Origin: an uncultured delta proteobacterium
GTDB taxonomy: Bacteria; Desulfobacterota; Binatia; DP-6
DNA: 64,000 nt
Assembly (NCBI GenBank): GCA_963815115.1
Contig: CAWFFN010000008.1
Coordinates: 448,001-512,000 of the forward strand
Reading direction: 5' to 3'
Program-made: the position numbers and the translations under genes
The notes under the pieces: generated by a model
What the model was told of the DNA's origin: nothing
Database searches by the model: none
The model's input: only the letters and a program-made list of their open reading frames with translations
Shown here: in pieces, positions 19,824 to 29,253 of the stretch
Layout of the letters: every line of letters starts with the position of its first letter
Position numbering within the stretch: the first letter of the stretch is position 1

Positions 19824-20744
19824 ATGGACAAGGCGGAGATCAACACCTGGACGCAGCGCTCGCGAGCGCTGGACCTCGATGGACTCGACTGGGATGACGT
19901 CCCGCGAGTGCCGCTCGCCCCCGAGACCGTACGGGTGCTGCGTTACATGCAGGACATCGAGAGCCACACGGTGATCTACGTCCGCGAGCTCCTCGCCACG
20001 CGCGTCATCGACGATCCGGAGGTCGCCACCTTCCTCGCCTGCTGGTTCTACGAGGAGACCTTCCACGGTCGCGCGCTGGCACGGTTCCTCCGCGCCGCCG
20101 GCCATCTCCCCGTCGTGCGACGGCGCTCCCAGGGCACCCTGGCCAGCCGCCTGGAGGAGCGTGCCATGGGTCTGGTGGCCCGGGCATGGCCGGACTTCGC
20201 GGCCGTGCACATGGTCTGGGGCGCCATCAACGAGCTCACCACGCTCACCGGCTACCAGCGTCTGACCGAGCTCGATCCGCATCCCGTGCTCGTCGAGCTC
20301 CTGGCGCGCATCATGCGAGACGAGTCCCGTCACTTCACCTTCTACTATCACCAGGCCGAGCGACGGCTGGCCCGGCCGGGCGTGCAGCGCGTCGCGCGCT
20401 TCCTCGTCGACCGTTTCTGGGACCCGGTCGGCAGCGGGGTGCAGCCCGATGCCGAGGTCCGCTTCCTCGCCGAGCATCTCCTCGGCGGACCCGACGGGCG
20501 CGCGGCCGCTCGCAAGATCGACGACACCATCCGGCGGCTTCCCGGCTTCGCCGGCGTGGCGCTCACCGAGGCCTGGGTCGAGCGAGCCCGCCGCCTTCCG
20601 GCTCAGCCCATGCCGAAGGCGCCCTCGAGCACCAGCGCCCTCCGCGGCCAGGACCACGTGCAGGCGAGCCTGGCGAGGGCGTGCAGCGCCGACGTGGGGA
20701 GCATCTCGACGAGCGTGCCGAGCAGCGCAGGCGGCCGCCCGTAG
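19824..20744 (+). CDS. Ferritin-like di-iron protein (acyl-ACP desaturase-like)
   Basis: IESH, EETFH, NELTT, DESRH ligand pattern; G-rich SD; 3' end overlaps the convergent gene. Confidence 0.8.
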   Translation: MDKAEINTWTQRSRALDLDGLDWDDVPRVPLAPETVRVLRYMQDIESHTVIYVRELLATRVIDDPEVATFLACWFYEETFHGRALARFLRAAGHLPVVRRRSQGTLASRLEERAMGLVARAWPDFAAVHMVWGAINELTTLTGYQRLTELDPHPVLVELLARIMRDESRHFTFYYHQAERRLARPGVQRVARFLVDRFWDPVGSGVQPDAEVRFLAEHLLGGPDGRAAARKIDDTIRRLPGFAGVALTEAWVERARRLPAQPMPKAPSSTSALRGQDHVQASLARACSADVGSISTSVPSSAGGRP

Positions 20745-21691
20745 GCTGCGGCCAGGCGCTCCGTGTAGGCGGCGGGCGTGCCCGCCAGGATCGCATCCGC
20801 GGCGAGACGGCCGCTGCGCACGGCCGGGCCGATGCCCTCGCCGGAGATGTCGCGCGCCAGGCCCGCCCCATCACCGACGAGCACGAAACGCTCCCCGGCG
20901 ACGCGCCGGGGCCGCTGGCGGCGCACGGTGTAGGCATGCCCGCGAAACGGCGTCAGCTCGAGACCGGCGGGCAGGCGGCCGCTCGCCCGCAGCGCTTCCA
21001 GCATGCGATCACGCCGCCGTCCGATCGGCATGCCACCCATCGCACCGATGCCGATGTTCAGGAAGTCGCCCTTGGTGAAATACCAGCCGTAGCCGTGGAA
21101 ATCCGGCTCGGGGAGCAGCTCGGGAGTGCCATAGCGAGGCGTGAGGCAGCGCAGCCGCTCGGCCCCGACGCGCGTCTCGCTCTCCTGCGTGACGACCACG
21201 CCTTCCTCGGGATCGATGTCGCCGAAGGCACGCGCCACGGGGCACTGGTGGCCGCCTGCTCCCACCACGATCGGAGCGGTAACGGAGGCGTCGCCGGTCT
21301 CGACCGTCACGCCGTCGGCTCCGAGAGTCGCGCGCCGCACGCGCGCGCCCTGGCGCACCGTCGCGCCCGCCGCCGCGGCGCGTCGCAAGAGGACGGTGTC
21401 GAACTCGGAGCGCACGATGCCGTAGCTGGCGGTGTGGTCGAAGCAGGTCCGGTGCTCGCGGCCGGCCACCGTCAGCGACACCGCGTCGAAGGGCTGGATG
21501 GTCTCCGGGTATGCGGCGGGGTCGATCTCCAGATCGGCCAGCGCTGCCGACGTGACCCAGCCGGCGCAGAGCTTCACGCGCGGGAAGACGGCCGCGTCGA
21601 GGAGCAGGACGCGGCTGCCGGCACGAGCGAGTCGCCAGGCGACGGTGCTGCCGCCGGGGCCGCCCCCCACCACAACGGCATCGAACCTCAC
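20603..21691 (-). CDS. Geranylgeranyl-reductase-family FAD oxidoreductase
   Basis: VVVGGGPGGS; FPRVKLCAG; GYGWYF; LVGDGAG..GEGIGPAVRSG. Confidence 0.9.
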   Translation of the reverse strand: MRFDAVVVGGGPGGSTVAWRLARAGSRVLLLDAAVFPRVKLCAGWVTSAALADLEIDPAAYPETIQPFDAVSLTVAGREHRTCFDHTASYGIVRSEFDTVLLRRAAAAGATVRQGARVRRATLGADGVTVETGDASVTAPIVVGAGGHQCPVARAFGDIDPEEGVVVTQESETRVGAERLRCLTPRYGTPELLPEPDFHGYGWYFTKGDFLNIGIGAMGGMPIGRRRDRMLEALRASGRLPAGLELTPFRGHAYTVRRQRPRRVAGERFVLVGDGAGLARDISGEGIGPAVRSGRLAADAILAGTPAAYTERLAAAYGRPPALLGTLVEMLPTSALHALARLACTWSWPRRALVLEGAFGMG

Positions 21692-21777
21692 GCCATCGTC
21701 TTTAGCCCATCTCGCGCCGGTGGCGAAGTCTCGTTTACGGGTCGACGCGACCCGCAGATCGATGCTAGCGCAGCGGC

Positions 21778-22155
21778 ATGGAGCATTCGCCTGGCTTCCT
21801 CCGCCTCGTCGAGGCCGCGCGGCGCCGTATCCGCGAGGTGAGCATCGGTGACGTGCGGGCGATGCAGGAAGCTGGCGAGCCGTTCCATCTCGTGGACGTC
21901 CGCGAGCAGGACGAATGGCAACGCGGCCGGCTGCCCGGCGCCCGCCACCTCGGCAAGGGCGTCATCGAACGCGACGTCGAGGCGGCGATCCCGGCCCGCG
22001 ACGCGCCGATCGTGCTCTACTGCGGCGGGGGCTACCGCTCCGCCCTCGCCGCCGACGCGCTCCAGCAGATGGGGTACACCCGGGTGGTGTCGATGTGGGG
22101 CGGCTGGCGTGCGTGGACCGAGGCGGGACTGCCGGTGAGCCGCGACGCCACCTAG
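21778..22155 (+). CDS. Rhodanese-like sulfurtransferase
   Basis: LVDVRE; HLGKGVIERD; YCGGGYRS. Confidence 0.92.
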   Translation: MEHSPGFLRLVEAARRRIREVSIGDVRAMQEAGEPFHLVDVREQDEWQRGRLPGARHLGKGVIERDVEAAIPARDAPIVLYCGGGYRSALAADALQQMGYTRVVSMWGGWRAWTEAGLPVSRDAT

Positions 22156-22706
22156 GGATGGTTCTGCGCGCCGCGGCTGCGCAGGTCGATCTCCTTGCCG
22201 CTCTTCTCCGCCTGCTCGATCTCGTCCAGCGTGATCACGTCGTCGCCGGTTCCCATCAGGTCGCCGACCGTGACGCCGCGCTGGTCCGGCCGCTTCTGGA
22301 TCGCGAAGAACTGGATGTAGCGCGCGAGCTGCCCGCCGACCTCCTCGGGCGAACGTCGCGGTCTTCCATCGGGACGCTCCTGGAGCATGTCACGCTGATA
22401 GGCGGTGTAGATGTAGGCGGCCCAGTTGAGCGACACCTCCCCGGTCGCGACGCGCGACGACAGCTGCGTCACCAGGTCGAACAGCTCGGGCACGAGGACG
22501 TCGTCGGGCGGCGGCATGAGGAGGTAGCGATTGAGCTGCGTCAAGATGGTCCGCCGCTCGGCGACGGTTCCGCTGGCGCCCTCGCTGCGTGCGATGCGCC
22601 CGAGATACCACTGCGCGCCGGTGCCGATGAGCTGGCTTTGCCAGTGCCATGCCGCCACCCCGCCCACGACGAGGACCAGCAGCAGGGCCAGGAGATAGCG
22701 CTTCAT
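22152..22706 (-). CDS. Hypothetical membrane-anchored/exported protein
   Basis: N-terminal MKRYLL hydrophobic segment; protein-like composition. Confidence 0.75.
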   Translation of the reverse strand: MKRYLLALLLVLVVGGVAAWHWQSQLIGTGAQWYLGRIARSEGASGTVAERRTILTQLNRYLLMPPPDDVLVPELFDLVTQLSSRVATGEVSLNWAAYIYTAYQRDMLQERPDGRPRRSPEEVGGQLARYIQFFAIQKRPDQRGVTVGDLMGTGDDVITLDEIEQAEKSGKEIDLRSRGAQNHP

Positions 22707-22803
22707 GGCGTATCGACTTCGTCCGGCTCAGCCGCCGCTGTCAAGCGCGCAACGCCCTCCGGCGCTTTCGGCCGCGTGAAACACCCTGCTACAGTCCCGA
22801 GCG

Positions 22804-23556
22804 ATGCGGGAAACGCTCGCGGGACGACACGCGCTGGTGACCGGCGGCGGGTCGGGCATCGGACGCGCCGTCGCGCATCGTCTCGGACGCGATGGCGCGG
22901 CGGTGACGGTGCTCGACGTCGACCCGGCGGCGGCGCTGGCGGTCGCCGACGCGCTGCGCACGGACGGGGCACGTGCACGGGCGGTCGCCGCCGACGTCGC
23001 GGACGGCGGCGCCGTCCATGACGCCGTCGCGGAAGCCCGCGCCGAGCTCGGGGCGTTCCACGTGCTGGTGTGCAGCGCGGGCATCGCCGGCTTTGCCCCG
23101 CTGCTCGAGATGACGGCGGCGCAGTGGGATCGCATGCTCGCCGTCCACCTGACCGGAACCTTCGTGGTGACGCAGGCGGTCCTGCCGGACATGATCGCCG
23201 CGCGCTGGGGCCGCGTGGTCACGCTCTCCTCGGTCGGCGGCCTCCGGGGCGGCCCGAATCTCGCCCACTATGCCGCCGCCAAGGCCGGCGTCATCGGCTT
23301 CACCAAGGCCCTCGCGCTCGAGGTGGGGTGCCACGGCATCACGGCGAACGCGATCGCACCGGGTCTGGTCGACACGCCGATGCTGCGCGGCTCGGGCATC
23401 CCTCCTGCCGTGCTCGCGCAGTCGCTCGGCCAGGTGCCGATCGGCCGGCTGGGTACCCCGGACGACGTCGCCGCGGTGTGCGCGTTCCTGGTCTCGGAGG
23501 AGGCGGGCTTCGTCACCGGGCAGGTCGTGAGTCCGAACGGCGGCGGCTGGCTCTGA
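22804..23556 (+). CDS. SDR oxidoreductase (FabG-like)
   Basis: TGGGSGIG; YAAAK; NAIAPG. Confidence 0.93.
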   Translation: MRETLAGRHALVTGGGSGIGRAVAHRLGRDGAAVTVLDVDPAAALAVADALRTDGARARAVAADVADGGAVHDAVAEARAELGAFHVLVCSAGIAGFAPLLEMTAAQWDRMLAVHLTGTFVVTQAVLPDMIAARWGRVVTLSSVGGLRGGPNLAHYAAAKAGVIGFTKALALEVGCHGITANAIAPGLVDTPMLRGSGIPPAVLAQSLGQVPIGRLGTPDDVAAVCAFLVSEEAGFVTGQVVSPNGGGWL

Positions 23557-23562
23557 GGCCGG

Positions 23563-24354
23563 TCACACGCCGCGAAACCGTGGCCGGCGCTTCTCCAGGA
23601 AGGCGCGGACGCCTTCCGCATAGTCCGCGCTCGCGAAGCAGGCGGCGATGAGTCGCGCCACCTCGGCCCGCTCGCCGCCGGCAGGCGGCCGCAGCGTCTC
23701 GAGGATGGCCCGCTTCGCGGCTCGCAGCGTGAGCGGCGCGTTGGCCGCGATGTCCGCCACGTAGCGCTCCGTGAAGACCTGGAGCTCCGGCTTCGGTACG
23801 ACGCGGTTCACGAGTCCGATGCGGAGGGCGTCCTCGGCGTCGAGGTGGCGGGCGGTGAAGAACAGCTCCGCGGTGGCCGAGGGTCCCACGAGCCCGACCA
23901 GCCGCTCGACGCCGCTCTGGTGGTATCCCAGGCCGAGGCGCGCGGCCGGCACTGCCAGGCGCGCATCGCCGGCCGCCACGCGCAGGTCCGCGCAGGCGGC
24001 GATCGCGAGCCCCCCACCTATGCAGACGCCATGGATCATCGCCACGACCGGCTTCTCGAGTGCCAGCAGGGCCGTGAACGCCTCCGCCGTGACTCCCTCG
24101 TACGCAGCAGCGGAAATGGCATCCCGGCGATGCGTGCTGAACTCCGAGATGTCCGCGCCCGAGGCGAACGCCTCCTCGCCGGCCCCCCGCAGGACGATGA
24201 CTCGCACCGCGGGATCGGCCTCGAGCTCCCGGACGATTCCCGGCAGCGCCTGCCACATCTCTAGCCTGACGGCATTCAGGCGCGACTGATTCCGGAGAAT
24301 CACCCAACCGCCGCCGACTGCATCGCGCTCGACGTCAATGCCGAAGTCACTCAT
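23563..24354 (-). CDS. Enoyl-CoA hydratase/isomerase family protein
   Basis: AFASGADISEF; CIGGG; PAARLGLGY; EGVRAFLEKR. Confidence 0.93.
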   Translation of the reverse strand: MSDFGIDVERDAVGGGWVILRNQSRLNAVRLEMWQALPGIVRELEADPAVRVIVLRGAGEEAFASGADISEFSTHRRDAISAAAYEGVTAEAFTALLALEKPVVAMIHGVCIGGGLAIAACADLRVAAGDARLAVPAARLGLGYHQSGVERLVGLVGPSATAELFFTARHLDAEDALRIGLVNRVVPKPELQVFTERYVADIAANAPLTLRAAKRAILETLRPPAGGERAEVARLIAACFASADYAEGVRAFLEKRRPRFRGV

Positions 24355-24429
24355 AGCCGCCCCGCTAGGTAGACGTACCTGGCAGATTTCCCTTGACGTA
24401 TAGCACCGTCCCTTCTTATGACATCATTC

Positions 24430-25686
24430 ATGCGTACTCGGATGGCCCTGTCATTCGCCGCCGTTCTGATCGCCAGCTCCCCTGCCCTCGCCCACCACAT
24501 CAGCGGTACCGTGTACTGCGATCAGGACCTGGACGGGAAGATCGACGCGGGCGACACGCCGGTCTCCGGGATCGACGTCCACATCACGTCGCAGGTCGCC
24601 CAGCCGGGCCAGCTCTTCACGCAGACGACGGACGGCAGCGGGAGCTACAACATCTCGCTCCCGGCGCGTACCGACACCTATACCGTCGAGCTCGTGGGGA
24701 TCGGCAGCTTCACCATCGTGGTTCCCGCCGCCGGATCCTACTCCGTCCACATCATCACCGGGGACTCGCAGAAGGATCACAAGGACGGCGTGGACTTCCT
24801 GCTCCAGGGGTGCGGGCATCACACCACCACCACCAGTACCACGAGCACGACCAAGAAGAGCACGACGACCACGTCGACCACGGCGAAGTCCACGACCTCG
24901 ACCACCTCGACGACGTCGACGACCACCACCACGACGCCTCCGACCACCGCGCCGGTGTGCCAGTGCCCGGCGCTTCCGTTCCTGGCGGCGCGGGAGGGAA
25001 AGATCAACAACGATGCCAGCGTCAACGCGAGCGTCGGCGTGAACGACGCGGGCGGCAAGCTCCGCCTCGGCAAGGACGTCATCCTGGCAGACGGGACGGT
25101 GATCGCCGCGGACACCGTCCAGATCGGCAACGCGTCGAGCGTCTTCTCGGTGCTGGCGAACACCCTCAACAAGGGATCCGGTGTGGTCGTTCGTGGAACG
25201 ACGGGCACCCCGGCGCTGCCGCTGGTCCAGCCGTTCTGCTCGCTGCCGCCCATCACGTGCGGAACCAGCACCGTCCAGGTGCAGGCGGGTGCCAGCGCCG
25301 GACCGCTGCCACCCGGAACCTACGGCAAGCTCCGGATCCTGAACGGCGGCAACCTGACGCTGGCGCCGGGGACCTTCACCTTCTGTGACGTGAAGCTCGG
25401 CCGCAGCGCGTCGCTCATCACGCTCGGCCCGGCCGTCCTCAACGTCGCGGGCGACGTCGTGATCGGCACGGCGTCGCACTTCGGGCCGGATGCCGGGACG
25501 GCGCCCGTCAGTGTGAACGTCGCCGGCAAGCTCGTTCGCGTGAGCCAGTCGGCGTTCGCCAACGCGGCCTTCGTCGCTCCCAACGCGCGCATCACATTCG
25601 GCCGCGACTCGCATCTGCTGGGCTGCTTCTGCACCGATCGCGAGAAGAGCGACAAGCACATCACGCTGGACTGCCCGTCGCCGTAG
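24430..25686 (+). CDS. Secreted SdrD-B-like domain + Thr linker + beta-solenoid (adhesin-like) protein
   Basis: Signal peptide; ISGTVYCDQDLDG..DAGD.P; TTDGSGSY; LPPGTYG; GTFTF; APNA. Confidence 0.75.
   Translation: MRTRMALSFAAVLIASSPALAHHISGTVYCDQDLDGKIDAGDTPVSGIDVHITSQVAQPGQLFTQTTDGSGSYNISLPARTDTYTVELVGIGSFTIVVPAAGSYSVHIITGDSQKDHKDGVDFLLQGCGHHTTTTSTTSTTKKSTTTTSTTAKSTTSTTSTTSTTTTTTPPTTAPVCQCPALPFLAAREGKINNDASVNASVGVNDAGGKLRLGKDVILADGTVIAADTVQIGNASSVFSVLANTLNKGSGVVVRGTTGTPALPLVQPFCSLPPITCGTSTVQVQAGASAGPLPPGTYGKLRILNGGNLTLAPGTFTFCDVKLGRSASLITLGPAVLNVAGDVVIGTASHFGPDAGTAPVSVNVAGKLVRVSQSAFANAAFVAPNARITFGRDSHLLGCFCTDREKSDKHITLDCPSP
24823..24948 (+). repeat. Thr/Ser/Lys low-complexity linker
   Basis: TTTTSTTSTTKKSTTTTSTTAKSTTSTT... 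Confidence 0.85.
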
Positions 25687-25823
25687 CGGACCACGGCCTG
25701 CGCAGCGCCCTCCCTTCCGGGCCGCGGGTCCCGCGACGGTGCGGGATCATTGCAGGCGTGCATGCCTGGCACGGCTCTGTCTCGCCGTCTCCAGCGGCAC
25801 GAGCTTCGCAAGTGCCGGACCGG

Positions 25824-26990
25824 ATGACCTCTGCCTGCCGCCTCCTCCTCTTTCTCCTCGCGTTCGCAGCCGCGGCGCCGGCGGGCGCCCACCACCGCCA
25901 GACAGACCCCGTCTTGTGGTTCATGACGCCTGGCGACACGTCGCTCCCGCGCGCGAGCGCGCAGGGGACCAAGACGTTCACACTGGCCGTGCAGTCCGGG
26001 ACCGGCCAGCAGGTCATCACCATCAGCCCGTTTCGCGATCCGAATCTGCATGTCCCGGTAGGCCAGGCCGGAAACAACGTCGACCCTGCCATCTCCTTCA
26101 ATGGCAAGCGCGTCGCCTTCGCCACGAGCGACGACCCGCTCCACCTCGGCCTGCCCGGCCGGCAGCTCGTGCTCGCCGCCTCCAACACGCTCATCCCGCT
26201 CTCCCAGGATCCGAGCGGTACCTCGACCAACCCGGTGGTCGACACCGCCGGCCTCCGCATCGCGTTCGAATCCGCGGGCGACCTGGCCGGCACCGGCCAC
26301 CCCGGCATCCTCCAGGTCTACGTGCGGCAGCCGGACGGGTCGGTCACGCAGGCGAGCTCGGGACTCGGGACCAGCCGCAATGCCGTCCTGAGCCCGAAGA
26401 AGCACCGTCTCGCATTCGAGTCGGCGAGCGATCCGACGTCAGGCGCGGACACCGGGATCTCGCAGATCTGGCTCGGCGACCTGATCGACGCCTCGGCGAC
26501 GCGTCTCACCACCGGGCTCGGGTCGAGCCGCAACCCGGCTCTCAGCGACGACGGCGGCCTGCTGGTCTTCGAGAGCACGGCCGACCTCGCCGGCAGCGGA
26601 GCGGATACGGGCGTCAGCCAGATCTTCAGCTACGATCCGAAGAGCCTGACCTTCGCGCAGATCACGAGCGATGCCGGGGGCTGCGCGCTCCCGGGGGTCA
26701 GCAAGGTGAAGCGCGACTGGCGAATCACCTTCGTCTGCAACGGCGAGCCCTACTACTACATGCTGCGTGCCGACCAGCGGTTCCACGTGCAGACCGGCGG
26801 CGGCGTCACGCAGCGGATCCTGGGTGAGATGGGCATCCACTTCCTCATCCTGAGCACGACCGGCAATCTGCTGGCGGGCGGCACCACCCCGGGCAAGCAA
26901 GTCTACATGGTGAACCTGTTCAAGCGTCCCGCCGATCCCGTACCCGGTGTCGCGCACTGGTTCCCCGTGCGGGGCATCCCGCCCCTCTGA
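25824..26990 (+). CDS. Secreted TolB-like (PD40) beta-propeller protein
   Basis: Signal peptide; repeated P-x-x-S/D-x-x-G-x-R-I/V-AFES units. Confidence 0.8.
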   Translation: MTSACRLLLFLLAFAAAAPAGAHHRQTDPVLWFMTPGDTSLPRASAQGTKTFTLAVQSGTGQQVITISPFRDPNLHVPVGQAGNNVDPAISFNGKRVAFATSDDPLHLGLPGRQLVLAASNTLIPLSQDPSGTSTNPVVDTAGLRIAFESAGDLAGTGHPGILQVYVRQPDGSVTQASSGLGTSRNAVLSPKKHRLAFESASDPTSGADTGISQIWLGDLIDASATRLTTGLGSSRNPALSDDGGLLVFESTADLAGSGADTGVSQIFSYDPKSLTFAQITSDAGGCALPGVSKVKRDWRITFVCNGEPYYYMLRADQRFHVQTGGGVTQRILGEMGIHFLILSTTGNLLAGGTTPGKQVYMVNLFKRPADPVPGVAHWFPVRGIPPL

Positions 26991-27141
26991 CCGGGGCGCA
27001 GAGCCGTACCTCACGCGCCGCAGGCCCCTCGAGAAGCGCTCGCGCCGTCGCCTCGGGCTCGGCGACGTAGCGTCGAGCCCGGATCTGGGCGCGGAGACGC
27101 CGGAGCCGCGCGCGCCGTGGGTACCCGTCCGTCAGATCCAT
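26920..27141 (-). CDS. Putative minimal FlgM-like anti-sigma-28 factor
   Basis: RRARLRRLRAQIRARRYVAEPEATARALL resembles the FlgM C-terminal sigma-binding helices; GAGGG SD; sigma-28-type promoter directly upstream. Confidence 0.55.
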   Translation of the reverse strand: MDLTDGYPRRARLRRLRAQIRARRYVAEPEATARALLEGPAAREVRLCAPVRGAGCPARGTSARHRVRDRRDA

Positions 27142-27958
27142 GCACCCTCGTAGGAGCCATCGGCAGTCCGCCGGGCAACCTTGAATGGGTTCTCGCGGGG
27201 CCGGCCTGGGCGCCGAGATGGCCCCGCAGGCGAAGCAGCGCCTGGGTATGGAGCTGCGACACTCGCGACTCCGTCAGCCCGAGCACCGTTCCGATCTCCC
27301 GCATCGTCAGCTCGTCCCGGTAGTAGAGCGACAGCAGGTACTGCTCGCGTTCGGGAAGCTGGCGGATGGCCTCGGTGACGAGGCGAAGGCGCTCCCGGTA
27401 CAGGAGGCTTCGGAGCGGGTCGGCATGGGAGTGATCCGGCGGGAGATCGAGCTCGCCGTTTCCGAATCCGAGATCGTCCAGGTTGAACATCGTGACCGGG
27501 GCAGTCTGCGTCAGCAGGGAGCGATAGGCCGCGAGCGAGAGCCCGAGCTCGGACGCCAGCTCGTCCTCACGCGCGGGACGGCCGAGGACGACCTCGAGGG
27601 CGCGGGCCGCACGTTCGACGGCGGCCGTCTTCTCGCGCACGCTGCGAGGAACCCAGTCGATCTCGCGCAGCTGGTCGAGGATGGCTCCCCGGATGCGGAA
27701 CCGAGCGTACGTCGAGAACAGGGCTTCGCGCCCCTGCTCGTACTTCGCGAGCGCGTCGATGAGCCCGAGCGTCCCCCAGGAGACGAGGTCGTCGAGATCG
27801 GCCGGTGCCGCTACGCGATTCAGCAGCCGGCGCGCGACCCGGCGCACGAGCGGCAGGTAGCGCCGCAGCGTCGCCTCCGGTCCGCGCTCCGAATGAGGGC
27901 GCAGTCCGCCACCCGACGGCTGTCGGCCGACGGGCGCGATGGATACGCGCTCCTGCAT
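27011..27958 (-). CDS. fliA: FliA/WhiG-family sigma-28 factor
   Basis: DDLVSWGTLGLIDA; FSTYARFRIRGAILDQLREIDWVPRS; LTESRVSQLHTQAL; long non-conserved C-terminal tail. Confidence 0.9.
   Translation of the reverse strand: MQERVSIAPVGRQPSGGGLRPHSERGPEATLRRYLPLVRRVARRLLNRVAAPADLDDLVSWGTLGLIDALAKYEQGREALFSTYARFRIRGAILDQLREIDWVPRSVREKTAAVERAARALEVVLGRPAREDELASELGLSLAAYRSLLTQTAPVTMFNLDDLGFGNGELDLPPDHSHADPLRSLLYRERLRLVTEAIRQLPEREQYLLSLYYRDELTMREIGTVLGLTESRVSQLHTQALLRLRGHLGAQAGPARTHSRLPGGLPMAPTRVHGSDGRVPTARAAPASPRPDPGSTLRRRARGDGASASRGACGA
27157..27184 (-). promoter_or_regulatory. Putative sigma-28 promoter for the FlgM-like ORF
   Basis: Minus strand TCAAG-N15-GCCGATGG, ending 15 nt before ATG 27141. 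Confidence 0.6.
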
Positions 27959-28130
27959 GCCGTCTTCCCTCCCCGCGAAGGCCGTTCGGAAAACCGTACC
28001 CGATCCGGCCCCGGGGAGGCGATAAAAATCGCGCATCCAGGCACGGATCATTCGCCCGCGAATGCCGCGCCTGTCGCGATCTCCCGGATCGACTTGGCAA
28101 CCAGATCGACACCTGCCAGGAGGGGGACAC

Positions 28131-29222
28131 GTGAGCGAGGCAGAGGCACACGTCGCCGAGACGGCAAGAGCGCTGGGCTTCCCCCTCGTCGGCTGCACAC
28201 CTCTCGCCCCGCTGCCGCGCGAGGAATTCCTCGACCGCTGGCTGGCCCAGGGCCGCGCGGGGGAGATGCGCTACCTCACCACGCGCACTGCGGAGCGGCT
28301 CGACCCCAGGCGGGGATACTCGTGGGCGCGCGCAATCGTCTGTCTCGCCCATCCGTACCAGCCTCCGCCGCCCCCCGAGGGAGACTGGAGGGAAACCCTG
28401 CGCGGACGGATCGCCGCCTATGCCGTCGGCCGCGACTACCACGAGCGAGTGAAGGCGCTGCTCCGGCGCCTGGTCGACCGTCTGCACGTTCGCTGGCCGG
28501 AGGCGACCTTCCGGCCGTACGTCGATACCGGGCCGTTGCTCGAGCGCGAATGGGCAATGCGGGCTGGACTCGGCTGGATCGGCCGAAACACGCTGCTCCT
28601 ACATCGCGCCGCGGGCTCGTACTTCTTCCTGGCCGAGCTGCTCACCGACCTCCCCCTCGCAGCGGTCCCCATGCCGGCCGATCACTGCGGCACCTGCACG
28701 CGCTGCCTCACCGCCTGTCCCACCGGCGCGCTCGAGAACTACACGATGGACCCACGCCGCTGCCTCGCCTACCTCACCATCGAGCACCGCAGCGCCATCC
28801 CCGTCGCGCTCCGCTCCGCGCTCGACAACTGGGTGTTCGGTTGCGACATCTGCCAGGAGGTCTGTCCCTGGAACCGTGACGCGCGCGCACCCGCCGACGA
28901 GACGCTCGCGCCCCGTCTCCCGGATCTGCTCGCGCTCGACGACGCCGGCTTCCGGGCGCGCTTCGGCGGCACGGCCGTGACCCGCACCAAGCGCCGCGGG
29001 CTGCTGCGCAACGCCGCCGTCGCGCTGGGCAACAGCGGGAACCCGGCTGCCGTCCCGCCGCTGATCGCTGCGCTCGCCGATCACGAGCCGCTGGTGCGCG
29101 GGCACGCCGCCTGGGGACTCGGATGCCTCGGCGGACGCGCGGCACGGACTGCGCTCGAGCGCGCGCGGCGGGTCGAGCCGGATCCGGGCGCGCGCAGCGA
29201 GCTCGACGCCGCGCTCGCCTGA
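28131..29222 (+). CDS. queG: Epoxyqueuosine reductase
   Basis: GRDYH; VDTGPLLERE; CGTCTRCLTACPT; GCDICQEVCPWN; HEAT repeat tail. Confidence 0.95.
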   Translation: MSEAEAHVAETARALGFPLVGCTPLAPLPREEFLDRWLAQGRAGEMRYLTTRTAERLDPRRGYSWARAIVCLAHPYQPPPPPEGDWRETLRGRIAAYAVGRDYHERVKALLRRLVDRLHVRWPEATFRPYVDTGPLLEREWAMRAGLGWIGRNTLLLHRAAGSYFFLAELLTDLPLAAVPMPADHCGTCTRCLTACPTGALENYTMDPRRCLAYLTIEHRSAIPVALRSALDNWVFGCDICQEVCPWNRDARAPADETLAPRLPDLLALDDAGFRARFGGTAVTRTKRRGLLRNAAVALGNSGNPAAVPPLIAALADHEPLVRGHAAWGLGCLGGRAARTALERARRVEPDPGARSELDAALA

Positions 29223-29253
29223 GGAAGCGGCGCGTGCCGGCGCCGCGACGGCG

